Shown here: positions 55,401 through 64,000 of the stretch, one piece after another | Layout of the letters: every line of letters begins with the position of its first letter | Numbering within the stretch: position 1 is the first letter of the stretch | Assembly: GCA_963823665.1 (NCBI GenBank) | Contig: CAWGMQ010000008.1 | Span: forward strand, 992,001 to 1,056,000 | Origin: an uncultured Planctomycetota bacterium | GTDB taxonomy: Bacteria; Planctomycetota; Planctomycetia; Isosphaerales; Isosphaeraceae | Direction: 5' to 3' | Length of the DNA: 64,000 bases | Translations under genes and position numbers: made by a program | Notes under the pieces: model-generated | What the model was told of the DNA's origin: nothing | The model's database searches: none | What the model saw: the letters and a program-made list of their open reading frames with translations, nothing else

Positions 55401-58400
55401 ACCGCGACGGTAACGATCACCGTCGCGCCCGACGCGGCGGCGGTTCCTCAGATCGTGGACAGTGCCGACATTTCCAGCAGCACAGACGATCCGGACGAAT
55501 CCAACAACGCCCCCGACCCCGTGGTGACGACCGTCAAACCTGCTCCCGTGAGCAACCTCTCGCTCAGGATGACGGGCTCGCCCAACACGGTGAGCGCAGG
55601 CGCCAGTCTCACTTACACGATCAAAGCGACCAACAGCGGCGCTTCGACCGACCCGGACGCGGTCGTGACCGACACGCTGCCCGCGGACGTGACGTTCGTG
55701 TCGGCGACCGGCGGGGTGACGCCATCAGGCGGAGTGCTCACGCTGCCGATTGGCAGCCTGGCGTCGAACGTGACGACCACCCTCACGATCGTGGTGACCC
55801 CCACGGCGGCGGCCGCTTCGGGCAACGGCTCGATCACGAACAGCGCGGTCATCACCGGACAATACAACATCAACACCATGAACTCGGCGTCGGTGACGAC
55901 GACGGTCACGCCCGCGACCGCCATCGCGATTCAGGTAACGGCGATGCCCGCCACCGCGGGAGTCGGCCAGGATCTGACCTACACCGTGACGGCCACCAAC
56001 AACGGTCCATCGAACGCGACGAACGTGGTGCTAGCCGATACGCTGCCGTCGTTCATCGGAACAGACGTAACGGCCACGACTTCAGTCGCGGGTGTGAACG
56101 CGGTCGTGGCCGGCGGTCAGGTGACCGCGAGCTTTGGCGAGGTCGACGACAATGACTCGGTCACGATGACGATCACCGTCGTGCCCGCGCTCGCGGCGGC
56201 GGCTAACTCACCGCTGGTGGACACGGCGACTGTCACGAACAACGAGTTCAACCCGGATCCGAACACGGCGATGAGCTCGGTGCCCGTTAACCCTGTGAGC
56301 AACCTCTCGATCATGATGACGGGCCCGACAGCCTCGGTTGGCGTCGGCAGCAACGTGACCTACACGATTGTGGCAACCAACAGCGGCCCGTCGACCGACC
56401 CGGCCGCCGTGGTGACCGACACCCTGCCGGCCAACGTGACGTTCGTATCGGCCAGCGGCGGCGCAACGCCGTCCGGCGGTGTTCTGACCCTGCCGCTGGG
56501 CAGCCTGGCTGCGAACGCGACGACGACCCTGACCGTCGTCGTGACGCCCGACGCGGCGGCGGCCGGCTCGGGCACCGCTTCGATCACCAACAGCGCGGCC
56601 ATCAATTCGCCTTACAACACCAACCTCGAGAATTCGGCATCCGTGAATACGACCGTCACGGCGGTAACCGCAGTTGGCGTTCAGATCACAGCGACGACCG
56701 GACCGAATTATGTGGGGCAGGACCTCAAGTACACGATCACGGCCACGAACGAGGGACCGTCAAATGCCACCGGCGTGGTCGTGACCGACACGCTGCCGGC
56801 AGACATCAGCACGAATGTCACCGCGACGACTTCGGTGGCCGGCGTGAATGCCGACGTCGCTGGAAGCCAGGTTACGGCGAGCTTCGGCGATATTGACGCC
56901 GGTGATTCTGTCACTCTGACGATCACGGTCGTGCCCACGCTGGCTGCGGCCGCCGACTCGACGATCGACGACGATGCAAAGGTCGCGAACAACGAGTTCA
57001 ACTCGAGCCCGAATACGGCGTCGCTCTCGACGACGATCCTGCCGATCGTCTCCGTGGCGATCGCGCAATTCACCGCCGCGCCCGATCCGGTAGTTTACGG
57101 CAACAACCTCACGTATACGGCCGTGGTCACGAACAATGGGCCATCGAAGGCCACCGGAGTGGTGGTCACGATGCCGCTGCCGGAGTTCACCACATTCGTC
57201 AGCGGGAAATGGAACTGGCAGAGCGGCGCGCCGCTGTCGAATGGCGGTGTCAGTCTGGTCGATAACAAGGTGACTGCCGAGATTGGCGAGCTTGATTCGG
57301 GGGTGACTGCCGTGGTGACCGCCGTGGTCACGCCCAAGCAGGACGCGGTCGGTTCGCTGACTGCAAGCACCAGCGTTTCGGAGAACGAATCCAACTCAAC
57401 GGCGAGCGCGGCCACGGCGACGGTGACGACGACGGTCCAGGACCAGCCAGGGGACCTGCAGTTCACCGCACCTGCCTACACCGTGGACAACAATGCCGGA
57501 TACGCGACCATCACCATTCTGCGGTCGAGCGGGCTGGGCGGAGAGGTGTCCGCCATTTTCACGACGTTTTCGCTCTCGGCCGCCGCCGGCTCCGACTACA
57601 CGCCGGTCTCGGAGACCGTGGACTTCCCCGCGGGCGTGGCGGGGCAGACGGTTCGCGTGCCCGTTCTCGACAATCCGTACGATTCACACAATGAAACTGT
57701 CGGGCTCGAACTGACGAATCCCACAGGGGGCGCGATGCTGGGCGCGCCGACCAGTTCCGTCTTGACGATTCAGGTTCTTGACCCGAATCGGAACGATCCG
57801 ACGGTGGCCGCCGTTCAGTGGACCGGAACGGCACAATCGATCACGAGCCTCGTCATCAGCTTCAGCGAGCCGCTCATCGCGGCCGCCGCCATGAACCCGG
57901 CCAATTACCAGGTGGCCGGCGTGGGCAAGAAGGGCTCATTCAGCACGGCGCACGGCCAGAACGTGACGCTCGAAGCGCCCGTGTATAACGCGTCAAACTG
58001 GACGGTGACACTCGTTCCGACCCAGTCGCTTTCCGTGAATCAGTTTTACAGTCTGTTGATCAAGGGTACGCCGGGTGGGATTACCGATCTCGGCGGCAAC
58101 GAGCTGGCCGGCGCAGGGACCGGCCACCCAGGAACGAACTTCACGGCCCTGTTTGCGCAGGGGAAGAACCTGAAGTACACCGACGCGGGCGGAAACCAGG
58201 TGAGTTTTTCCGTCATGAAGGGGGGATACCTGGAGGACCTGCTGACCGGGTCAGGCCAGGGCCAACGGCTGGTGCTGGTGGGCGCAGTGCCGCACCACAC
58301 CGTGCTCGCCGGGACTGTCAAGCAGGGCAAACATGGCACCGGACGAGCCTATCTGGGTTACTCGCTTTATGGGCTGGGTCAATTCGGCAACGTCAAGGTG

Positions 58401-58643
58401 ACTCTCAAGAGCCCGCCGTTTCAGATCCAGCGATTTCCGTTCTCGCCCGGCCTGCCTCTCGGCCCGCCGGCGCCGGCGCTGGCACGATTGAGCGGCGCAC
58501 CGGTTGAAGCGCGCGGGCAGGCGCGAGCGAAGCGGGCGCCGACAGACGCCGCCGATGACGTGCTGCACCTCGCAGAACCAACCGTGGTAGTGCAATTTGG
58601 GGTGCGTCATCCCAAAAGCCGGCCATTTGCAATGCGAAGTTGA
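52416..58643 (+). CDS. Giant surface protein: right-handed beta-helix, about seven DUF11 domains, Calx-beta and a C-terminal domain
   Basis: AAGGA RBS; SLERLEARELL export motif; GSLRWAI; many GNxIG/NVISGN repeats; LTYTxTxTNxGPSxA..VVTDTLP repeats; LQF..YTV..ATITI. Confidence 0.92.
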   Translation: MRKASLAIRRSRTRVLRAGRNRLSLERLEARELLTTYSVTNTNDDTNMGSLRWAITQVDSDSSPDIIKFSIPDTGVQTIKLGSPLPQITNTVFIYGESQPLYASSPLIAIDASSLSAADAVLWDTAASSTINGLAIGGCPGTGILLTGGGGSLIQGCYVGTIDGTDPDPDGSGIDIFGSSGNTIGGGFGSYFPNVISGNTNQGIAIGDAIETDNNVVEGNGIGVTADGSTGLGNGAGGILLDHASHSTISGNVISGNTGDGILIQQVNGASTANLISNNQIGTDSGGSTAIPNTLNGIHLKGVTGTTINGNLLSGNGGSGIVLDVGTTGTLIQSNTIGADVKGKQHLANTMNGIDAESSSGITIGGASSGQGNLISGNTQNGIYLAAGFTDPDDSGVVIQGNIIGLSVDGTVPLGNGDNGIWQNGSDGTTIGGTTALERNIISGNSADGISLGTGNDALVEGNYIGTDATGKVALGNGVGLDFTNSSYATIGGTVKGAGNLISGNNASGIDCFVIGSTAELIEGNLVGVDVTGVVALPNKTSGIRIAGPTNCTIGGTIAAAANVISGNGGDGVNLVPNASSGLLILGNYIGTDSAADNLGNQGDGVDIASDSVTIGGTTIGAGNVIADNGISGILIDGNFDHNAILTNSIYGNANLGINLGNGPTLNHPDEQGFTIPAPNDYQNYPVLTSASSTASSTEIVGTLNAAASTTYLIQFFANSSADPSGYGQGQLYLGSAMVKTGADNNANIDAMLGTVVPNAWLVSATATDPLGNTSEFSSDITPTPSADVGVTISTSPATTAYAGSPLTYTVTVTDAGPDNAQGVTVVDTLPQNIGPNVAAITSVTGVTPTISGNTVTAIFGGVIKDNSPTLTITVYPTIAAVPQITDQATVTSQGSDDLNPNNNTASVTTPVDPSADLSLSLGGSANTVNVGDTLTYTLTANNAGPSTAADVVVTDVLPLNITSNITAVTSITGVTPTIASGQVTADLGSLASGATATVTITVAPDAAAVPQIVDSADISSSTDDPDESNNAPDPVVTTVKPAPVSNLSLRMTGSPNTVSAGASLTYTIKATNSGASTDPDAVVTDTLPADVTFVSATGGVTPSGGVLTLPIGSLASNVTTTLTIVVTPTAAAASGNGSITNSAVITGQYNINTMNSASVTTTVTPATAIAIQVTAMPATAGVGQDLTYTVTATNNGPSNATNVVLADTLPSFIGTDVTATTSVAGVNAVVAGGQVTASFGEVDDNDSVTMTITVVPALAAAANSPLVDTATVTNNEFNPDPNTAMSSVPVNPVSNLSIMMTGPTASVGVGSNVTYTIVATNSGPSTDPAAVVTDTLPANVTFVSASGGATPSGGVLTLPLGSLAANATTTLTVVVTPDAAAAGSGTASITNSAAINSPYNTNLENSASVNTTVTAVTAVGVQITATTGPNYVGQDLKYTITATNEGPSNATGVVVTDTLPADISTNVTATTSVAGVNADVAGSQVTASFGDIDAGDSVTLTITVVPTLAAAADSTIDDDAKVANNEFNSSPNTASLSTTILPIVSVAIAQFTAAPDPVVYGNNLTYTAVVTNNGPSKATGVVVTMPLPEFTTFVSGKWNWQSGAPLSNGGVSLVDNKVTAEIGELDSGVTAVVTAVVTPKQDAVGSLTASTSVSENESNSTASAATATVTTTVQDQPGDLQFTAPAYTVDNNAGYATITILRSSGLGGEVSAIFTTFSLSAAAGSDYTPVSETVDFPAGVAGQTVRVPVLDNPYDSHNETVGLELTNPTGGAMLGAPTSSVLTIQVLDPNRNDPTVAAVQWTGTAQSITSLVISFSEPLIAAAAMNPANYQVAGVGKKGSFSTAHGQNVTLEAPVYNASNWTVTLVPTQSLSVNQFYSLLIKGTPGGITDLGGNELAGAGTGHPGTNFTALFAQGKNLKYTDAGGNQVSFSVMKGGYLEDLLTGSGQGQRLVLVGAVPHHTVLAGTVKQGKHGTGRAYLGYSLYGLGQFGNVKVTLKSPPFQIQRFPFSPGLPLGPPAPALARLSGAPVEARGQARAKRAPTDAADDVLHLAEPTVVVQFGVRHPKSRPFAMRS
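55548..57040 (+). repeat. Internal tandem duplication, 747-bp period (two DUF11 domains per unit)
   Basis: GTGAGCAACCTCTCG occurs at 55548 and 56295, with co-linear similar sequence downstream of each. Confidence 0.85.
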
Positions 58644-58656
58644 GCGCCCTAGGGCG

Positions 58657-58679
58657 AAACGGTTCCTGACACCTTTTTC
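58657..58679. repeat. Short imperfect palindrome AAACGGTTCCTGACACCTTTTTC, resembling a Planctomycete dispersed repeat
   Basis: Single copy in this window; resemblance is recalled, not searched. Adjacent to the perfect palindrome CGCCCTAGGGCG (58645-58656). Confidence 0.5.
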
Positions 58680-59019
58680 GTCCGCGTGCGATGGGAAACA
58701 CCACGCAACGACCGCCAGCAGTTGCGCCAGGCGACGGGGGGCGCGTGAACCAGTTGGACGTGGTGCGGGCATCGAGGACCTCTTGATCGATTGAGCTGCG
58801 GGCGTGATGTCCTTCAGTCCGTTGCGCGTGGAATTGTACCAGGCGAGATCGCGCCTGGGCACGGTATCGTTTTGCTATCGCGGGCCAAAGGCGATATAAC
58901 AAGAGTCAGGCGAACGAGGGCAGCGGGAGGGACGGTCACGACACTTCGATCCGGCCCCGTTCTTGAACCACAGCCGTCAAGTTCCGCGCTTGCTCCAGAG
59001 CCGCGGCGGAGATTCCGTG

Positions 59020-61005
59020 ATGGTGAGAACGTACCATTGGTCTCTGCGATACGGGATCGCCGTGGCGGCCATCGTCTGGTCTACTGCTTCCCTGCTTCTT
59101 GTGCCCTTGATCGGCAGGAGCGGGGCGACCATACCATTCTTCGCCGTGCTGATCAGTACCTGGTTCGGCGGGCTCGGACCGGGCGTGTTCACGATTGCGA
59201 TGGGCGTCGTCATTTATGTGACCGTCCTGCTCAATCGCGGGAGCGGTTTTCCGCCGTGGCAGATTCTTCAGATTGCATTTTTCGTCGCAGGCGGGGCGAT
59301 GATCACGGCACTGGTCGAGGTGCTGCACGCAGCGCGGCGGCGGGCGGAGGCGAACGAGCGGTGGCTCTCGGCCGTGCTCTCAAGCATCGGCGATGCGGTG
59401 ATTGCCACCGACGGGCGAGGGCGCGTCTCGTTCACCAATCTCGTCGCCCAGTCCCTGACCGGGTGGGCCGAGGAGGAGGCGAGAGGCAAAGCTCTCCAGG
59501 AAGTGTTCGCCGTGGTCTCGGAGGATGACCGCCGGCCGGTCGAGTCTCCCGTCGCCCGGGTCATCCGCGAGGGCGTCGTCGTCGGCCTGGCAAATCACAC
59601 CTCCCTGATCGCTCGCGATGGGACCGAGCGACCAATCGCCGACAGCGCCGCGCCGATCAGGGATCACGAGGACAGGATCGCCGGGGTGGTCCTGGTGTTC
59701 CGGGATGTGACCGACAGGCGCCGTCACGAGCAGGAGCGGGAATGTCTGCTCGCCGCCGAACAGTTGGCACGCTCGGAAGCCGAGTCGGCCAACCGGGCCA
59801 AGGACCGCTTCCTCGCTGTGCTCAGCCACGAACTTCGAACCCCGCTCACTCCCGTCCTGTTCGCCGCATCATCGCTCCTCGAAGAGGATCGCCATTCCCT
59901 CGACCCGTGCGTGCGTTCGGTCCTGGAAATGGTCCAGCGGAACGTCGAGCTTGAAGCCCGGCTGATCGACGACCTTCTTGACGTGTCGCGGATCGCCCGC
60001 GGCGGGTTGGTCCTGGATTTGAAGACGGTTGATGTCCACCAGGCGATCCGCGACTGCGTGGAGATCTGCCGCGAAGAGACGTCGGCCGCGGGGCTCAACG
60101 TCCTACTTGATCTCACCGCGAGCGACCACCACGTCAAGGGAGACCGCGCGCGACTCTTCCAGGTCGTCTGGAACCTGGTGCGCAACGCGGCCCGCTTCAC
60201 CGCTGGGGCCGGTACGCTCTGGATCCGCACGAGCAACACTGCCGGCACCTGTGGCGAGCAAGGCCCTGGCTCGAGCGCGCTCGGCGCCGGGGTATCTCAT
60301 CGTCTTATCGTGGAGTTCGCCGACACTGGCATCGGTATCGATCCCGCGATGCACGACCGGGTCTTTGAGCCCTTTTATCAGGGCGACGCCGACGTACGCC
60401 GGCGTCCCGCGGGACTGGGGCTCGGGCTGGCGATCAGCCGGTCGATCGCCGAGGCACACGGCGGGCGGCTGGCGCTTGAGAGTTCCACTCCCGGACAAGG
60501 GTCGAGGTTCCGCGTTGAACTGGATACCGTGCCCGCCGACGCGACGACTCCATCTGAACCGATCAGGGCGCCGGCACGTCCGCCCGGCCGTCCGGGGCTG
60601 ACCATCCTGCTCGTCGAGGACAATCAGGAAACGCTGCGCTATCTCACGCTGATGCTCAGGAAGCGGAACTACAATGTCGTGCCGGCCGAGAGCCTTTCGG
60701 CCGCCCTCGCCGCCGCGGCGGAGTCCCAGTTCGACCTCCTGATCAGTGACATCGAGCTTCCCGACGGGAGCGGCCTCGAGTTGATACACGGTCTGGGCGA
60801 CGGCCGGAAAGTGCCCGCCATCGCCATGAGCGGATTCGGCTCTGAGGAGGACGTGCAACTGAGTGAGGGTGCGGGATTCGCCGAACACCTGACCAAGCCC
60901 ATCGACCTGAACCGCCTCGAGTCGGCCATCCGGCGGGTGACCTCACCGGTCGCGACGAGCTCCAGTCCGGGTGATTCGGTCTCGCTCGCGGGCTGTCCAA
61001 GCTGA
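59020..61005 (+). CDS. Hybrid sensor histidine kinase (DUF4118-like TM, PAS, HisKA, HATPase, REC)
   Basis: SIGDAVIATD, LSHELRTPL, NLVRNA, DTGIGI, GLGLGL, LISDIELPD and KP. Confidence 0.95.
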   Translation: MVRTYHWSLRYGIAVAAIVWSTASLLLVPLIGRSGATIPFFAVLISTWFGGLGPGVFTIAMGVVIYVTVLLNRGSGFPPWQILQIAFFVAGGAMITALVEVLHAARRRAEANERWLSAVLSSIGDAVIATDGRGRVSFTNLVAQSLTGWAEEEARGKALQEVFAVVSEDDRRPVESPVARVIREGVVVGLANHTSLIARDGTERPIADSAAPIRDHEDRIAGVVLVFRDVTDRRRHEQERECLLAAEQLARSEAESANRAKDRFLAVLSHELRTPLTPVLFAASSLLEEDRHSLDPCVRSVLEMVQRNVELEARLIDDLLDVSRIARGGLVLDLKTVDVHQAIRDCVEICREETSAAGLNVLLDLTASDHHVKGDRARLFQVVWNLVRNAARFTAGAGTLWIRTSNTAGTCGEQGPGSSALGAGVSHRLIVEFADTGIGIDPAMHDRVFEPFYQGDADVRRRPAGLGLGLAISRSIAEAHGGRLALESSTPGQGSRFRVELDTVPADATTPSEPIRAPARPPGRPGLTILLVEDNQETLRYLTLMLRKRNYNVVPAESLSAALAAAAESQFDLLISDIELPDGSGLELIHGLGDGRKVPAIAMSGFGSEEDVQLSEGAGFAEHLTKPIDLNRLESAIRRVTSPVATSSSPGDSVSLAGCPS

Positions 61006-61028
61006 GCGATTCGGTTCGCAACAACGCG

Positions 61029-61284
61029 ATGCTGTCGGGAAGCGTCGTGACGTTCCCAGGCTCGGGCGGAGATTTCAACTCCGGTTTCATAGCTCAGATC
61101 ATTGGCACGTTTAGCCCGGGAACTCCGCTCCAGTTCACGGATTCAACGACCGCGGAGTTTAACCCGGACGCCTTCACCATCGGTGTGTCCTTCGTACCGG
61201 AACCCTCGACATTCGGCATGGCGATCATCGGCGCGATCGGCGTGATCTCCCTACCGCCGACTACGGCGGAAGGCTGGAATCTGA
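61029..61284 (+). pseudogene. C-terminal remnant of a PEP-CTERM protein
   Basis: VPEPSTFGMAIIGAIGVI; deleting one C near 61250 gives SYRRLRRKAGI-stop. No signal peptide, and an in-frame stop lies at 60972. Confidence 0.7.
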
Positions 61285-61319
61285 AATGCGTGCCCGTGCA
61301 GACGCTTAGCGTGCAGGCC

Positions 61320-61607
61320 TCAATCGCGTAGATAAGGCGTGGCTGCTTCGGGCACCGGCATCTCCAGGAGATCGACGTAACACCAGGCCCAGCGCTCACC
61401 GGGCTCGAACGAGGCGATTATCGGGTGACCCGTCTTGTGAAAATGCTTGGTGGCATGCCGTCCGGGCGAGCTATCGCAACAGCCCACGTGGCCGCAACTC
61501 AGGCAGAGCCGCAGATGCGCCCAGGCCGAGCCCGTCTTGAGACACTCTTCACACCCCCCCGTGCGGGGAGGAGCCGGGTCGAGATCGATCGCATGCTTGC
61601 AGGGCAT
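61320..61607 (-). CDS. UBP-type zinc finger protein
   Basis: CEEC..W-x-HLRLCLSCGHVGCCDSS..HATKH..GHP..W-x-WCYVD. Confidence 0.93.
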   Translation of the reverse strand: MPCKHAIDLDPAPPRTGGCEECLKTGSAWAHLRLCLSCGHVGCCDSSPGRHATKHFHKTGHPIIASFEPGERWAWCYVDLLEMPVPEAATPYLRD

Positions 61608-61665
61608 GATGGAACTCCCAGAATAGCGCGGCCGCGCGTAGCATGTTGTTTCGTCCGGAGCCGAT

Positions 61666-62727
61666 TCACATCTCCGATTCATCCTCGTTCGCGTGATACT
61701 CTTCCCAGACATCTCGAATCTTGAGGCCGGTCAGATCGAGCATGTGGCCGCACAGTTTTGTGTACGGCGGATCGGGCAGCCGTCGGCTGACGATGTGGTA
61801 CTTGCCGTTTTTCACGCCCTCGAGAACGAGAGTATCACCGTCTTCGACGAGCACGTCGGTTCTCTCGTCGGTCGGCATCGTCCAGAATGCGGCCTGCTCC
61901 ATGTCGCGATCCAGTTCGCTGAACTGCTCGGCGCTCAAAGCGATACTTTGGTGGATCGCGACCTGACCCCAGTCGTAGCCACCCTTGCCGTCGAGTACTT
62001 CTGCGCTGAGTTTTATCCCATCGCGCCACCGCTCGATCCGCACGCAAACGGGGTGGTGGAAGGTGGGCTCCCACAGCAATCGGTAGGCTATGGCTTCCGG
62101 ATGCTGTTGCAAGAGCTTCCGGAGCGAGGGCTCGGTCTTGAACGCCGAGTCCGAGAAACGCGGAGCCGCCGGCCGGACGAACTTGCTTGATATTGCAAAG
62201 GCTGTCGCCACGGCCAACCCCGCCAGGACTGTGAGCGACTTGACTGACACGAGCCGGCCGCGTCGTCTGCGGATCAGGATGGCGATCAAGCCACCGCATA
62301 TCGCGATGGCAAGCGTGACCAGCAGGTGGGCGATTCCGATGGTGTTGGTTGTGATCTTGTCAATGGCCCCGAAGTCATTTGTGTTCGTCCTCAAGTAGGG
62401 CACGAGGAGAAGGATGACACGGGAGGTTAGCAGATTTTGATTGAGTACGATGCCCATACCGTTGGGCTCGTCCTCGGTGAGGGTGGGCCAGGGCCCGAGC
62501 CCCAGGATGAAGAATCCCCATCCGAAGACGGCGAACCCGAACCAGAACGCCTTCTCGTTCCCACGGCGGAATCGGGCCGCGACCAATGCCGCCAGCAGCA
62601 AGACCGCGGTGAAGGTGTAGAGTGCACCGTACCAGAGGTCCGAGGCGGTTTTGAGCGCCGTGAACGCCATCGCACAGGCGACGACGATGAGCACCAGAGC
62701 CAGGACCGACACTTGGAGCGATTTCAT
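61666..62727 (-). CDS. Membrane protein (about five TM helices) fused to a soluble C-terminal domain
   Basis: AFWFGFAVFGWG TM module; C-domain YRLLWEPTFHHP..KGGY..FWTMP..DG..LEG. Confidence 0.75.
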   Translation of the reverse strand: MKSLQVSVLALVLIVVACAMAFTALKTASDLWYGALYTFTAVLLLAALVAARFRRGNEKAFWFGFAVFGWGFFILGLGPWPTLTEDEPNGMGIVLNQNLLTSRVILLLVPYLRTNTNDFGAIDKITTNTIGIAHLLVTLAIAICGGLIAILIRRRRGRLVSVKSLTVLAGLAVATAFAISSKFVRPAAPRFSDSAFKTEPSLRKLLQQHPEAIAYRLLWEPTFHHPVCVRIERWRDGIKLSAEVLDGKGGYDWGQVAIHQSIALSAEQFSELDRDMEQAAFWTMPTDERTDVLVEDGDTLVLEGVKNGKYHIVSRRLPDPPYTKLCGHMLDLTGLKIRDVWEEYHANEDESEM

Positions 62728-62828
62728 CGGAACCCTCGTTTGCGGGGCAGGAAGCCCTGGGAGCCATCCTATCGCGGGGCCGGGTTCGAATCGAGGGGAG
62801 TGGGTTCACTGATCAGGGATGCTCTTAC

Positions 62829-63284
62829 TCACTGTTTTTCGGGGAGAGTCTCCGGGTACGTGACTTGCTGCCACTGACCGTCGCGTTTGGCACAGACCGC
62901 GATGACAGACGCCGAGGGCGCGAGCGGTTTGCCTCGGAACGTGCCTGTCCGCAGCAGCCCGAATGAGACGGCCACCGCGTCTGCGCTGATGCGAACGGGC
63001 TTGACTCCTTGGAGCGCGGCATTCGCAAACTTGAGGTCCGTGAGTTTCTCAATTCGATCCGCCTGGGTCTCCGGCGCACCGTGATCTAGGACCGCGATCT
63101 GGTCGCCCGCCAGCGAGCGTGTGATGGTTTCCGCATCCGCCTTAACAAACGCCTGGCTGAGCATACTGGCGAGCTTCACGACCTCGGCGGCCGCATCGTC
63201 GGGTAGCGTCAGTCCGGCAGAAGGCACGTTGCTTGCTGGCAGCACCAGACCGACCACCATGAATGCGACTACTCTCTTGCCCGT
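62829..63284 (-). CDS. Secreted NTF2-like/DUF4440 protein
   Basis: AFVKADAETI..DAVAV..GTFRGK..KRDGQWQQV. The best RBS and signal peptide point to ACG at 63284; the first ATG is at 63260. Confidence 0.75.
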   Translation of the reverse strand, partial: TGKRVVAFMVVGLVLPASNVPSAGLTLPDDAAAEVVKLASMLSQAFVKADAETITRSLAGDQIAVLDHGAPETQADRIEKLTDLKFANAALQGVKPVRISADAVAVSFGLLRTGTFRGKPLAPSASVIAVCAKRDGQWQQVTYPETLPEKQ

Positions 63285-63459
63285 CGAAAGCTCCTTCAAG
63301 GGACGGAAAGAGCCTGGCAATGGAAGTCACCCGGCAAGGCCATCGCGCCCGGAGATTCGACCGAGGGCAAGGCGTGAGCGGCCGCGAACAGGTAGCCGGG
63401 AACAAGACGTGCCTTGCGATCGCTCGTAATCGACTCAGCGGCGCTGCCATGGTCTGGTT

Positions 63460-64000
63460 CTACATGTCGCCAGCCCGACCGCGCGCCTTCGCGTGGGCCG
63501 CGCGCCGCGTGCTCGAGGATAACGGCGTCGATTCATGCCGGGATTGCTGGCGCTTGATCCGCGCGGTCCTGCGCGCACCTATGTACAACACTAAAAAGCT
63601 CCTAGTATGATCCCGCCTTCCCCTGCTAAGAGTACGAATGTCAACTCCCGCACGGTTGCGTGGGCCTCGCTTGTGTCGATCTTGGCGATGAGCCCCCAGC
63701 CCGTGAATCCGCGTCCAACCGGCCGATAAACGACGAGCACGTCCTGGCCGCGGTAGTCGGTCGTCCGCTCGTGGCCAAACTCCCCTCTGCACGCAGCCGC
63801 CAGGGACGGTAGGCGACTGGCGAGCACTTCAGACAACGGAGATGGGCCGCGAAGCGGACCCCGCGTCGGTGTTATCACCTGAATCGCCTGGCCGTTCTTG
63901 ATTCCCAGCAGGACCTCCCCGCTGTGGTCAAGGCCGGTCGGATCCATAAGCATCGAGGCGATCGGGCTGAAGTCGATCAGCACCATGACGGTTCCGAGGA
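63460..64000 (-). CDS. C-terminal part of a Cache-domain membrane protein (5'-partial; probable frameshift near 63597)
   Basis: TGL-x2-SGEVLLG..DYRGQDVLVVYRPV..WGLIAKIDTSEA, then a TM helix that continues FLVLYIGARR in the shifted frame. Confidence 0.72.

Noticed and set aside
62778..62800. GGTTCGAATC as a tRNA T-loop
   Set aside because: The flanks do not pair into a T-stem and there is no cloverleaf.

Overview
GC-rich (visually about two-thirds G+C) bacterial chromosomal DNA with strong Planctomycetota hallmarks, probably Isosphaeraceae/Gemmatales-like. These hallmarks are LE-x-R-x-LL export motifs, a TIGR03067 protein, a DUF1800/DUF1501 pair, a PPC-domain protein, ECF sigma factors with long extensions and TPR-kinases. 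In order, the window holds: (1) an RND efflux operon whose pump is split by an intact 1,666-bp IS701-like element; (2) ilvA, a YcaQ-family glycosylase and an amidohydrolase; (3) a ~16-kb candidate surface-signalling locus (FG-GAP giant protein, Cys-rich secreted protein, TM Ser/Thr kinase-TPR, membrane-anchored ECF sigma, DUF1800, DUF1501); (4) a pseudo-receiver diguanylate cyclase; (5) a ~9-kb accessory patch with REP-like palindromes, a Y1/RAYT transposase remnant, a higBA TA module and a kinase-deleted STK relic; (6) a PPC protein, an atypical GH2-like protein, STAS, GNAT, PrsW plus ECF sigma, an enolase-superfamily enzyme, DPP IV, a ~2,075-aa beta-helix/DUF11/Calx-beta surface protein, a hybrid histidine kinase and several small genes. 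Many genes carry single-base frameshifts, most likely long-read consensus errors. No rRNA, tRNA or CRISPR array was seen. All family calls come from motif recognition by eye; no searches were run.
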